Assembly (NCBI RefSeq): GCF_001194135.2 | Contig: NC_068983.1 | Location: forward strand, 138,464,177-138,528,176 | DNA from: Octopus bimaculoides | Lineage: Eukaryota | Direction: 5' to 3' | Length of the DNA: 64,000 bases | Shown here: positions 40,880 through 52,423 of the stretch, one piece after another | How positions within the stretch are numbered: the first letter of the stretch is position 1 | Layout: each line of letters opens with the position of its first letter | Made by a program: the position numbers and the translations under genes | Notes under the pieces: generated by a model | The model's input: only the letters and a program-made list of their open reading frames with translations | What the model was told of the DNA's origin: nothing | The model's database searches: none

Positions 40880-41461
40880 GTAGTAAGCACATTTGACTTC
40901 TGACAGAAATATAGATGCAAATATGCCAGACATTATATTGAAAGACATTAGACAAAAATCGTGCCTCCTCATTGATATGACTGTCCCAATCGATATAAGC
41001 GTATCTGTCAAGACCTACCAAAAACTGAGCAATTATAAAGATCTTGAAATAGAAATTAGCAAAATGTGGAACCTGACGATTAAAACAATATCTGTTGTCA
41101 TAAGTGCCCTAGGAATGATAGCGAAAGGGGCTGATTGGTACCTAGCTCATATACCAGGAAACTCCAAAATGGCAGAAATTCAAAAGATGGTGCTCATAGG
41201 AACTGCCCATATCGTACGTAAAATATTGACTATCAAATCTCAAATTTTAAAACAAACTCATAATTTTCTTATGTTTTCTTAAAAATTCTCTAGAACAATA
41301 CTATGTACAAAACCAAATATATGGCACCCCGAGGCATAGCACTAACATGAACTTCTAACTTGTTGTCTCTTGAGGTCTCTGCGTTAGACTTGGAGCCAAT
41401 TTGTACAAATGCAAAGCAAAAGTCAAAAATAAAATAACAACAACAACAACAACAACAACAA

Positions 41462-41523
<62 letters not shown>

Positions 41524-41542
41524 ATAATAATAATAATAATAA
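40880..41542 (+). mobile_element. R4/Dong-type 3' end with compound (AAC)n(TAC)n(TAA)n tail
   Basis: TSDRNIDANMPDIILKD...CLLIDMTVPID...KLSNYKDLEIEISKMWNL...ISALG...IQKMVLIGTAHIVRKIL. Confidence 0.92.
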
Positions 41543-41779
41543 ATGTTACCTGCTAACGTAAACACACTGTATATGAAAATGAAGAATGGTGGCAATATAC
41601 TGAGACCCACATTATTAGTGATAATTTTAAATGCTATAGGTAGAACGATGGTGGTAATGATAAACACTGTGGTTATGGAGGTAACACAATACGAGCACGT
41701 TATTTATATACATGTGTATGTACATACATGTGCACGTGTATATACAAATAAAGAGAGAACGAGAGAGATGGAATCTCAA

Positions 41780-42125
41780 TAACATCTGTTGTGGGAAACC
41801 CACGATCGACTCATGAAATCATGATGCAACACAAGGAAAGAATTAGCGACGAGAATGAAGCTATAGCCGATCATGGTAAAGGTTTCCCGCCTGGCAAGTC
41901 CACAAACGCCCGCATCGCAGGTACCATAAATATTCCCCCCCACACACACACACTTAATAAACATAGACACACATACGGATATATGCATGTGCAAATAAAC
42001 ACACATACAACAGGAATACAAAACGGCAGATCGTTATGAAAGAGAGACACAAAAAAAAAAACAAAGAAGAAAGCAAAGGAGCACTGATGAGATCGCAGAA
42101 GTGTGACGAAAGAACTCTTGCCGAC
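41780..42125 (+). mobile_element. Penelope-like 3' remnant (GIY-YIG tail)
   Basis: VVGNPRSTHEIMMQHKERI...AIADH resembles YVG.T.R.L.ER..EH...SA.A.H, and is followed by a hammerhead core. Confidence 0.55.
42078..42122 (+). ncRNA. Minimal type I hammerhead ribozyme motif
   Basis: gca-CTGATGA-G(a)TCGCA-gaag-TGTGA-C-GAAA-G-aa-C-TC-ttgc. Core intact; stem II is G-C plus 5 bp; triplet CUC; stem I is one nucleotide out of register. Confidence 0.65.
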
Positions 42126-42285
42126 ATACAGTTAATATAAAATAAAGCTGAAGCAAGTGAACACCAAATATATAGTGCGTGTGTTTTCCATGGCTAAACT
42201 GGCAGCATGACAATCCCCAGAAACAACAATATCTATTTCAACGCACGAATTCACATCGAGAAACCTGCAAAACGAATATATAAAC

Positions 42286-42322
<37 letters not shown>

Positions 42323-42524
42323 ATTCATAGAAACAAGTAGGTATCACAGGAATCTCCTCTAGTGGACCAGATGAAAGTTGAAAGTAGAAGCATTGTTATA
42401 ACAATGACGTTCTAGTGATCAGATGAGCTACATTTCTTTCTCTGCAACGATTTGTAAACATTCAATCGTATTGAATAAATCGTAGCATGCATATTAGTGA
42501 AGGCATGTACAATAATTTGTTACG

Positions 42525-42690
42525 CTGAGCGCGTGAGCAACAGCAGAATATTGTAATCACTCGTCTTTGTTTGTCTGTGTGTTAACAAAATTACTAGAAA
42601 ACAGCTGAACGGATTTTCGCCAAATTTGGCAGAAGTACTAATTGGGTGAGTGGCTCGAAATGATGAAAATTTGGTTTGCTATCTTCAAAC
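42525..42690 (+). mobile_element. Possible DINE-1/HINE-like (Helentron-associated) repeat
   Basis: tattgtaatcactcgtctttgtttgtctgtgtgtt...cagctgaacggattttcgccaaatttggc resembles the microsatellite-plus-core layout of such elements, from recall. A diverged ~60-bp direct repeat lies downstream (about 42770 and 43157). Confidence 0.35.
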
Positions 42691-45600
42691 GTACATACAT
42701 ACATACATACATATATATGCGATCGCATGTGTGTGTGTTGTGCAGTGATGGATTCATGAGTTTCTTTTATTTACGAGTCGGTTTCTTAATTTCACCAGAG
42801 TATAAATACATATAATGGTGATACTTTACAAAAAATTAAAAAAAATTCGAACTTACAAATTTCCCAATAAGCAAATGGTCATATTATTTATATCCTACAA
42901 CAAACTACAGTACGCTTGATTCACATGCCATCATTGAAAAACGCTGAAACACACTTAAATTCTATGCAATATTTTCTATAACTATTTCATTTCTTTCAGT
43001 TTCTTGTTCAAATGAAATCGACACTCGCCTGCGTGTGTATAGAACATGGTGTATCTATGCGCATAGACACCTGTGGGTACATACACATATACTTACATGC
43101 ATACATAAATACATACAAACATAAATACATGCCTAGATATGTATGGTTACGGTCCTTTACGGGTTGATTTTTAAAATTTTACCCGAGTATAAATATGCAT
43201 GATGGTGATACTTAAAAAAATAATAATTCCGTTCAATTAAAAGCATGGGCAAGCAACGCATTGTAGGCTACACTATAATTTGCGAAAAGCGTTATCTGCC
43301 TGCAGGGTATGCATGACACCACCGATGCGTTTTTTATTCATTATATACTGAAAATATTAGTAGAAGATGAAGGCTGCGAAACGGACGTTTATATATATAT
43401 ATATATNNNNNNNNNNNNNNNNNNNNNNNNNNNNNNNNNNNNNNNNNNNNNNNNNNNNNNNNNNNNNNNNNNNNNNNNNNNNNNNNNNNNNNNNNNNNNN
43501 NNNNNNNNNNNNNNNNNNNNNNNNNNNNNNNNNNNNNNNNNNNNNNNNNNNNNNNNNNNNNNNNNNNNNNNNNNNNNNNNNNNNNNNNNNNNNNNNNNNN
43601 NNNNNNNNNNNNNNNNNNNNNNNNNNNNNNNNNNNNNNNNNNNNNNNNNNNNNNNNNNNNNNNNNNNNNNNNNNNNNNNNNNNNNNNNNNNNNNNNNNNN
43701 NNNNNNNNNNNNNNNNNNNNNNNNNNNNNNNNNNNNNNNNNNNNNNNNNNNNNNNNNNNNNNNNNNNNNNNNNNNNNNNNNNNNNNNNNNNNNNNNNNNN
43801 NNNNNNNNNNNNNNNNNNNNNNNNNNNNNNNNNNNNNNNNNNNNNNNNNNNNNNNNNNNNNNNNNNNNNNNNNNNNNNNNNNNNNNNNNNNNNNNNNNNN
43901 NNNNNNNNNNNNNNNNNNNNNNNNNNNNNNNNNNNNNNNNNNNNNNNNNNNNNNNNNNNNNNNNNNNNNNNNNNNNNNNNNNNNNNNNNNNNNNNNNNNN
44001 NNNNNNNNNNNNNNNNNNNNNNNNNNNNNNNNNNNNNNNNNNNNNNNNNNNNNNNNNNNNNNNNNNNNNNNNNNNNNNNNNNNNNNNNNNNNNNNNNNNN
44101 NNNNNNNNNNNNNNNNNNNNNNNNNNNNNNNNNNNNNNNNNNNNNNNNNNNNNNNNNNNNNNNNNNNNNNNNNNNNNNNNNNNNNNNNNNNNNNNNNNNN
44201 NNNNNNNNNNNNNNNNNNNNNNNNNNNNNNNNNNNNACACACACACACACACAGATAGCGCCAAGTTCAGCGGATAAAAGAAACTGTTAAGATAACAACA
44301 AATCTCCAGCTCTAAACTTCTCACACCGTCCTCTCTTATCAGGAATCTCAACTGTGTAGCTTTTATTATTTAAAAGCCCACAGCTAAATTATTGTTTTCT
44401 GGAAGTTCTAAGGCCATACAGAACAAATAACAGGAAACGAATAGAACAGACAGCACTGAAGGAGGTACTTCTGTTCTAATTCAAAGAATAAGAACTGAAG
44501 ATCTAAGGAACAAAGAGTTACACACTTAAATGCACGTCCGTGCGCACTAACACGAATACGTGATCTGTCTCTTTCCCTCTCCCTGACTCATATTTTTTTG
44601 TTTGTTATATATATGTATGCATATATATATATATATANNNNNNNNNNNNNNNNNNNNNNNNNNNNNNNNNNNNNNNNNNNNNNNNNNNNNNNNNNNNNNN
44701 NNNNNNNNNNNNNNNNNNNNNNNNNNNNNNNNNNNNNNNNNNNNNNNNNNNNNNNNNNNNNNNNNNNNNNNNNNNNNNNNNNNNNNNNNNNNNNNNNNNN
44801 NNNNNNNNNNNNNNNNNNNNNNNNNNNNNNNNNNNNNNNNNNNNNNNNNNNNNNNNNNNNNNNNNNNNNNNNNNNNNNNNNNNNNNNNNNNNNNNNNNNN
44901 NNNNNNNNNNNNNNNNNNNNNNNNNNNNNNNNNNNNNNNNNNNNNNNNNNNNNNNNNNNNNNNNNNNNNNNNNNNNNNNNNNNNNNNNNNNNNNNNNNNN
45001 NNNNNNNNNNNNNNNNNNNNNNNNNNNNNNNNNNNNNNNNNNNNNNNNNNNNNNNNNNNNNNNNNNNNNNNNNNNNNNNNNNNNNNNNNNNNNNNNNNNN
45101 NNNNNNNNNNNNNNNNNNNNNNNNNNNNNNNNNNNNNNNNNNNNNNNNNNNNNNNNNNNNNNNNNNNNNNNNNNNNNNNNNNNNNNNNNNNNNNNNNNNN
45201 NNNNNNNNNNNNNNNNNNNNNNNNNNNNNNNNNNNNNNNNNNNNNNNNNNNNNNNNNNNNNNNNNNNNNNNNNNNNNNNNNNNNNNNNNNNNNNNNNNNN
45301 NNNNNNNNNNNNNNNNNNNNNNNNNNNNNNNNNNNNNNNNNNNNNNNNNNNNNNNNNNNNNNNNNNNNNNNNNNNNNNNNNNNNNNNNNNNNNNNNNNNN
45401 ATACCAGAACGCATCATCAGCTCAAATGAAATCCATTTAAATACATTATCAACTTTACTCTAAAAAATAACACTTATGTTTTTAGTCTAGACACCATTTT
45501 CCGTTGCAACTTTGATTTACTTTTCCAGCCGTGTAACTTTGACCGAACGTATCTTTTTTTTTTTTTTTTGTTAATTTAATTTTATATCTCAATCTTCAGT

Positions 45601-45929
45601 GTTTCGGACTTACCATTCGGATACTTACTATCGCATCTCTGCCATCGTACACAACGGTACCAGTTCAATTAGCCACTGATATAATCAGTCGTGAAGACTA
45701 TCCATGTGGCTTTAGTCTGACAGCAACACTGGCTATTTCGTGTATGGACCTGTTGCTGCGAAGAGCCACTATTGTATCTCTTTTACCAGTTATTTGGAGG
45801 ACATCCGCATGATCCCGTATTTTCGTGAGGGAGTTATGTGATATTTCAACGAAATTTTTAATCACCTAGGCTTCAACGTGGAACACCCTAGCAGCCATTA
45901 GTGAATCTCCGTATTTTTAACACACAATA

Positions 45930-46300
45930 GTTGAGATGAGCGATATTCTCACAAGTAAGTTATATATGAAAACCGTATGTAGTCTATTCATGTGGGCTAC
46001 AAAAGATAATGCCATCCTATTAAGTACAAATGGAATGAGAATGTTAAACAGCAAATACGAAGCAGTTCACAAGAGATCTATGATTGAACGATTACGCAAC
46101 AACCTTTACGTGTTACCAACCGGAATCTAATCACAACGAACAGAAAGAAAAACCCATTTTGAAGGACTGCTTCGCGAGTTCATCACCTTTTAGCGACAGA
46201 ACAAACGCCATCACCCCATGCAGGAGCTTCCTGCTGAAAGAGTATACGAGAACCAATCCAAAGCACACAACATATGCACGATAGTCATTAGTCTTGGTGA
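45930..46300 (+). mobile_element. Possible decayed Penelope-like thumb region
   Basis: LTSKLYMK; MIERLRNNLY (cf. L..NGYP); KPILK..F. Weak motif similarity only. Confidence 0.3.
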
Positions 46301-46851
46301 ACGTAATTTCATAAACATAAGTGTTAAGCTATCGGTAGTTATAAAAGAATCTAATACACTATTAACATCTGACAGGAATTTCGAGAAACAGATTAGTTAA
46401 TCTTGTCACACCATTCGACCCGTGACACGTAATATTCGACTTCTTTGCATTTCAAACACACACGGTAGTTTACCTATCTTACAGACATAGATCTCTGATT
46501 CACTAAATGTTCATCGGCAAACTACAACCAGCGAGACTTTTGAATGATACATTCAACAAAAAAAGATATCTTGATTTTATTTAGTAGTGCCTGAGGGTGA
46601 TAAGTGTCTCATGCGGCCCGCTTTTTGAAAAACGTTGTCCACACCTGTATTAACACGACTTTCTTGATTAATTTCTTGATCGATAAGTAGAGCACTTCCC
46701 GTTGATATATAGAGATTATTATCATAAGATACAAAAGTTTAATATTTGTACTTAAATATAATATATTCGAAAATGCATTGTCTTGGCTTTTTAACTCAGA
46801 TTTTTTAATATTCCTTCGTACATTAAACACACTAGGACAAAGTCCCCCACT

Positions 46852-46883
<32 letters not shown>

Positions 46884-47290
46884 TTTATATCTATGCTTTT
46901 CTCTCACTATATGCACATGTATGTGCATGTGTGTGCCGTGGATGCGTGTATTTGTGATCATGTCCTACGTTGCGAGTGCGTCTGCATGTGTGTATTGGTT
47001 CAGGAGGTGAGGACATATATATGTATTGCCGAGAAAATGTAATATGTATTTGCGACTCATGGTATATCACAAAGGATAAGGAAATGTGTTCATGTTTAAC
47101 CAGTTTTCATCCTTCTATTCATATATTGCATAAATATACATTTCTTTGTAGTTCCTTTCTTGTAGATCTTTGAACTTGAAGCTATCAATTTATCTTTAGC
47201 CAGACAGATATTACGTATCTATCTACCTATGTATGTATTTCTTATCAATCAATCTATATATGAATACATACATACATACATACATACATA

Positions 47291-47355
<65 letters not shown>

Positions 47356-47379
47356 CTCTCTNNNNNNNNNNTCTCTCTC

Positions 47380-47437
<58 letters not shown>

Positions 47438-47863
47438 CGTGTGTGTGTGTGTGTGTGTGTGTGTTTATGTATACACATAAATGCATATTTGTGTATGGTT
47501 ATATGCATGTAATGATGAATTATTAGATACAAACACACAATGTCAAACAACTTCCAACATGTAAGGAAACGAATGACCAGATATTCAGAGATAAGAATTT
47601 AGGTATACACAAACATATTCATACTTGGCATTAGAAAGTACACTAACACGCTGGCTCACGCAACCATATGCACACAAACGCGTATACATACATGCACACA
47701 CAAATATACCCTGGGGTACATGATCAAGTAGACATGGAATTATTTCTCTCTATGGAGAATTCGTGGTGTATGTAATGAGACGAACCTAACAGAATCAAAG
47801 ATATACATCTAGCTTTCTATGTGTATGTGTGTGCGTGCGTAGTTTTCTATGAACTTGCTTTCT

Positions 47864-47941
<78 letters not shown>

Positions 47942-48364
47942 CCATGTCTTATTGAAAACAATGTTTTTAATAAAGCAAGGTATATTTACGTACTACATAT
48001 GTATGTATGGATGTGTGTATGTATGTATACATGTATATATGTATGTGTGTATGTATGTATGTATGTATGTATGTATGTATGCATGTATGTATGTATTGTT
48101 GATGTTATAAGTATATTTAAAATTTTGAGAGAACTTGAAATAATTCTTTTAAGAATTGGTTCTCGACATTCATTTAAAGCTTTAAATTTAATAGTAGTCT
48201 CTCTAGCCACCGAACGATGGTTCTGCAATTCCTTGCGGAGCAACCCATACAAATGACTTATTTATAGTATTCAAATATTTGTGCTGCTCTAGCTCACGCC
48301 TTTCAGCCAAACGACATTGCCTGTACAATTGCACGGCGTACCAGATATCAGATTTCGAAGTAAT

Positions 48365-48475
48365 CGTATTGTAACGTGAGATAAAGTGTTTTGCTCAACG
48401 ACACAGCGCTCTATCTCAAAATCGAATCCACGGTCTCACGATAGTGAATCATTTGGCCATGCCCCATCACAAAAC
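48365..48475 (-). mobile_element. Diverged CORE-type SINE 5' half
   Basis: aacgtgagataaagtgttttgctcaacgacacagcgc...aatcgaatccacggtctcacgatagtga matches 59528-59600. Confidence 0.65.
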
Positions 48476-48660
48476 CTTAAGTAATAACATGTAAATATTG
48501 GGTTGAAAAGCTCTTTTGGGTAGAAAAACAAAGGATCGGCTGTCAGTGGGACCCACATCTACTGTCTTGTCTACAGATGATGTGGATATGTGGATATACG
48601 TATTCCTTTATTCTTTCAAATGTTTCAGTCATTTGACTGCGGCCATGTTGAAACCCCATC

Positions 48661-48697
<37 letters not shown>

Positions 48698-48702
<5 letters not shown>

Positions 48703-48965
48703 CAAAATGAGAACAAACTCAAAAACAACAACGCGAGTACGTGGTACATGTAATGGATCAGCAGACGCTCAGGAAAGGGAAGAAATATGGTTTAACGTTT
48801 CGAGCAGACGCTCTACTTCGGAAACAGAGGAAAGACCAATAAAAGGGAAGACGGAGGAAGAAAATCGCCAACGATTCACATGTGGTTACATTTTAAAATG
48901 ACCGGAAGGGAATGGGTGAAGAAAAAGTTTTCTAAGACAGGAGAGTGTAAGAGAGGGAGGTAAGT
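48698..48965 (-). mobile_element. Penelope-like pLTR / 3' end containing a hammerhead motif
   Basis: Reverse complement shares cactctcctgtcttagaaa, cttccggtc, aatgtaacc and the hammerhead with 52081-52345; abuts (TA)n at 48663-48697. Confidence 0.75.
48788..48826 (-). ncRNA. Variant minimal hammerhead motif (CCGA core)
   Basis: Minus strand CCGAAGT-A-GAGC-gtct-GCTC-GAAAC-GTT: perfect 4-bp stem II; U4 is C and A9 is U. Confidence 0.55.
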
Positions 48966-49780
48966 GTATCCATGTGCGTGTATGTGCCTGTGCATATGTG
49001 TGTGTGGGGGGGGGTGCGTGTGGGTTTGTGCCTGTGGAGCATATGTGCGTTGCTTTGTGTGTGTGCGTGAGTGTACGTGTGTGTATATGTCCATGTATGT
49101 GCAATTGTGTGCGTGTATGCGTGAGTGTGCATTGTGTGTGTGGGCGGTATGTGTGAGTTCAAATGCCTGTGCGAGAATGTGTATTCGTGAACGTGTGTAT
49201 ATACGTGTGTGCGTGTGTGTGTCTGTGTGCGCGAGGGGTTGTGTGTGTTAGGTATGTGTGCATTACAGTGCATGTGTTTGTGTATGTGCGTTCGTGTACG
49301 TGTGTGTGTCTGCACGTGCATGTACGTGTGCGTTGTGTATGTGCATGTGTTTGTGCGTGTGTGTGCGTGCGCGCGTGTGTGTGATGTGTGTGTGGTGTGT
49401 GGCAGGTATATGTACATTGATGTGTGAGCGGGTGCGTGTATGTGGGCGTGCGTGTGTATGTATGCGTTTGTGTGTGCATGTGTGTGTATGAGCGTGTGTG
49501 GATGTAAGTGTTTTTATGTGGTTGTGTTATGTGGAGGTATATGTGCGTTACTGTTGCATGACTCGTTTCACTGTTTTCTGTTTTCGTTTTTATGTTTTCG
49601 TTTCTCATTGTTTAATTTTTTTTTTATGTCCTGGACACATATATGCATGTATGTATACATATAGATGTAGGTATGTACATATATGTATGGATATATGCAT
49701 ATATTTATATACTATTTATATTATTATAGGATCAAACGCCACGCATCCTTTTCCAAGTAAGTATATATATATATCTATAT

Positions 49781-50041
49781 ATGGTCGCGATGGGAACGAG
49801 AATGGGTCCCAATTACGCCAACCTCTTTGTTGGTTACATTGAGGCCCATGTATTCTCCCAATTCTCCGGTCCGACCCCGGAACTATACGGTCGCTACATA
49901 GATGACTGTATAGGAGCCCCCTCCCTCTCCCGCGAACAGCCCTGCCTTTTCATCTCCTTCCTCTCTAACTTCCACCCTGCTCTTGACTTTACTTCTACCA
50001 TCTCTGACACCTCTGTTAACTTCCTCGACATCTCTCTTTCC
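49781..50041 (+). mobile_element. Penelope-like reverse transcriptase, catalytic region, truncated by an assembly gap
   Basis: Open frame VAMGTRMGPNYANLFVGYIE...YGRYIDDCIG...FHPALDFTSTISDTSVNFLDIS, with the PLE-specific AMG..M.P.YANLF, RYIDD and FLD motifs. Confidence 0.95.
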
Positions 50042-52080
50042 NNNNNNNNNNNNNNNNNNNNNNNNNNNNNNNNNNNNNNNNNNNNNNNNNNNNNNNNNNN
50101 NNNNNNNNNNNNNNNNNNNNNNNNNNNNNNNNNNNNNNNNNNNNNNNNNNNNNNNNNNNNNNNNNNNNNNNNNNNNNNNNNNNNNNNNNNNNNNNNNNNN
50201 NNNNNNNNNNNNNNNNNNNNNNNNNNNNNNNNNNNNNNNNNNNNNNNNNNNNNNNNNNNNNNNNNNNNNNNNNNNNNNNNNNNNNNNNNNNNNNNNNNNN
50301 NNNNNNNNNNNNNNNNNNNNNNNNNNNNNNNNNNNNNNNNNNNNNNNNNNNNNNNNNNNNNNNNNNNNNNNNNNNNNNNNNNNNNNNNNNNNNNNNNNNN
50401 NNNNNNNNNNNNNNNNNNNNNNNNNNNNNNNNNNNNNNNNNNNNNNNNNNNNNNNNNNNNNNNNNNNNNNNNNNNNNNNNNNNNNNNNNNNNNNNNNNNN
50501 NNNNNNNNNNNNNNNNNNNNNNNNNNNNNNNNNNNNNNNNNNNNNNNNNNNNNNNNNNNNNNNNNNNNNNNNNNNNNNNNNNNNNNNNNNNNNNNNNNNN
50601 NNNNNNNNNNNNNNNNNNNNNNNNNNNNNNNNNNNNNNNNNNNNNNNNNNNNNNNNNNNNNNNNNNNNNNNNNNNNNNNNNNNNNNNNNNNNNNNNNNNN
50701 NNNNNNNNNNNNNNNNNNNNNNNNNNNNNNNNNNNNNNNNNNNNNNNNNNNNNNNNNNNNNNNNNNNNNNNNNNNNNNNNNNNNNNNNNNNNNNNNNNNN
50801 NNNNNNNNNNNNNNNNNNNNNNNNNNNNNNNNNNNNNNNNNNNNCTCAGACTCGCCCACACACTTATACAAACGCACATACACACGCACACTTGCGCATA
50901 CACACACACGCTAACAATCACGCAAACATACACACACACACACACCCAAGCATACACACCCTTGCACACATAACCCACATATACCCCCATTCACAAATAC
51001 CTCCCACACACCTGACAACCCATACATACCCCCATTCACACATACCTCACATACCTCCCATATACCTACACACACACCTCCCACACACCTTATATATATA
51101 CCGCCCACATACATGACAAACATACATGCGCGCTCTCAGACAACATATAGACGAACGCACATACATACACACACACACACGCACAGTGGTAGAGACACAC
51201 ACCTCACACAGCCCTGTATACACACTCACCCATATATACGCGCACGCCTACATACACAGCCGCATACACATGCACACACATACACACAGGAGTGCACACA
51301 CAAAATAACACACATACCTGGCACACATCCTTACGCTCTCACACACATACGCACGCACACACACTTCTCACCAACACTATACACTCACACAGACACGCAT
51401 ACAATCACACACACATGGGCATAAACAACACACGCACAAACAATAGCAAACGCACGCACACACACNNNNNNNNNNNNNNNNNNNNNNNNNNNNNNNNNNN
51501 NNNNNNNNNNNNNNNNNNNNNNNNNNNNNNNNNNNNNNNNNNNNNNNNNNNNNNNNNNNNNNNNNNNNNNNNNNNNNNNNNNNNNNNNNNNNNNNNNNNN
51601 NNNNNNNNNNNNNNNNNNNNNNNNNNNNNNNNNNNNNNNNNNNNNNNNNNNNNNNNNNNNNNNNNNNNNNNNNNNNNNNNNNNNNNNNNNNNNNNNNNNN
51701 NNNNNNNNNNNNNNNNNNNNNNNNNNNNNNNNNNNNNNNNNNNNNNNNNNNNNNNNNNNNNNNNNNNNNNNNNNNNNNNNNNNNNNNNNNNNNNNNNNNN
51801 NNNNNNNNNNNNNNNNNNNNNNNNNNNNNNNNNNNNNNNNNNNNNNNNNNNNNNNNNNNNNNNNNNNNNNNNNNNNNNNNNNNNNNNNNNNNNNNNNNNN
51901 NNNNNNNNNNNNNNNNNNNNNNNNNNNNNNNNNNNNNNNNNNNNNNNNNNNNNNNNNNNNNNNNNNNNNNNNNNNNNNNNNNNNNNNNNNNNNNNNNNNN
52001 NNNNNNNNNNNNNNNNNNNNNNNNNNNNNNNNNNNNNNNNNNNNNNNNNNNNNNNNNNNNNNNNNNNNNNNNNNNNNNNN

Positions 52081-52345
52081 GCACAGATATTCATCTCCCT
52101 TTTTCACTCTCCTGTCTTAGAAAGAACTTTTACCCCACCACCTCCTCTTCCGGTCTTTTGACAATGTAACCTCGTGGGCATCGGTACCATTTTCCTCTTT
52201 CTCCGTTTTTCCATTCTCCGAAATTTCCATTTTTCCGACGAAGGGCTACGCCCGAAACGTCATACACTCTCTCTTTCCTTTCCCAAGCGTCCAATAACAC
52301 TATCCGTATCACGTCCTCACTTTGTTGTTTTTTTGTTATTGTTTT
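52081..52345 (+). mobile_element. Penelope-like pLTR / 3' end containing a hammerhead motif
   Basis: Homologous to the reverse complement of 48698-48965; preceded by a CA-rich tract and followed by a T-rich end and (TA)n. Confidence 0.75.
52229..52266 (+). ncRNA. Variant minimal type I hammerhead motif (CCGA core)
   Basis: CCGACGA-A-GGGC-tac-GCCC-GAAAC-GTC-a: canonical except U4 is C; triplet GUC; stem I weak. Confidence 0.7.
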
Positions 52346-52361
52346 TTGTGTTTTTTTAACT

Positions 52362-52392
<31 letters not shown>

Positions 52393-52423
52393 CAAAATAA
52401 GCAAGAAGGATATCTAAGAGGTA

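Noticed and set aside
48932-49842. His/Thr- and Cys/Val-rich ORFs resembling metal-binding or keratin-like proteins
   Set aside because: Translations of a degenerate CA/GT tract, open in several frames on both strands.
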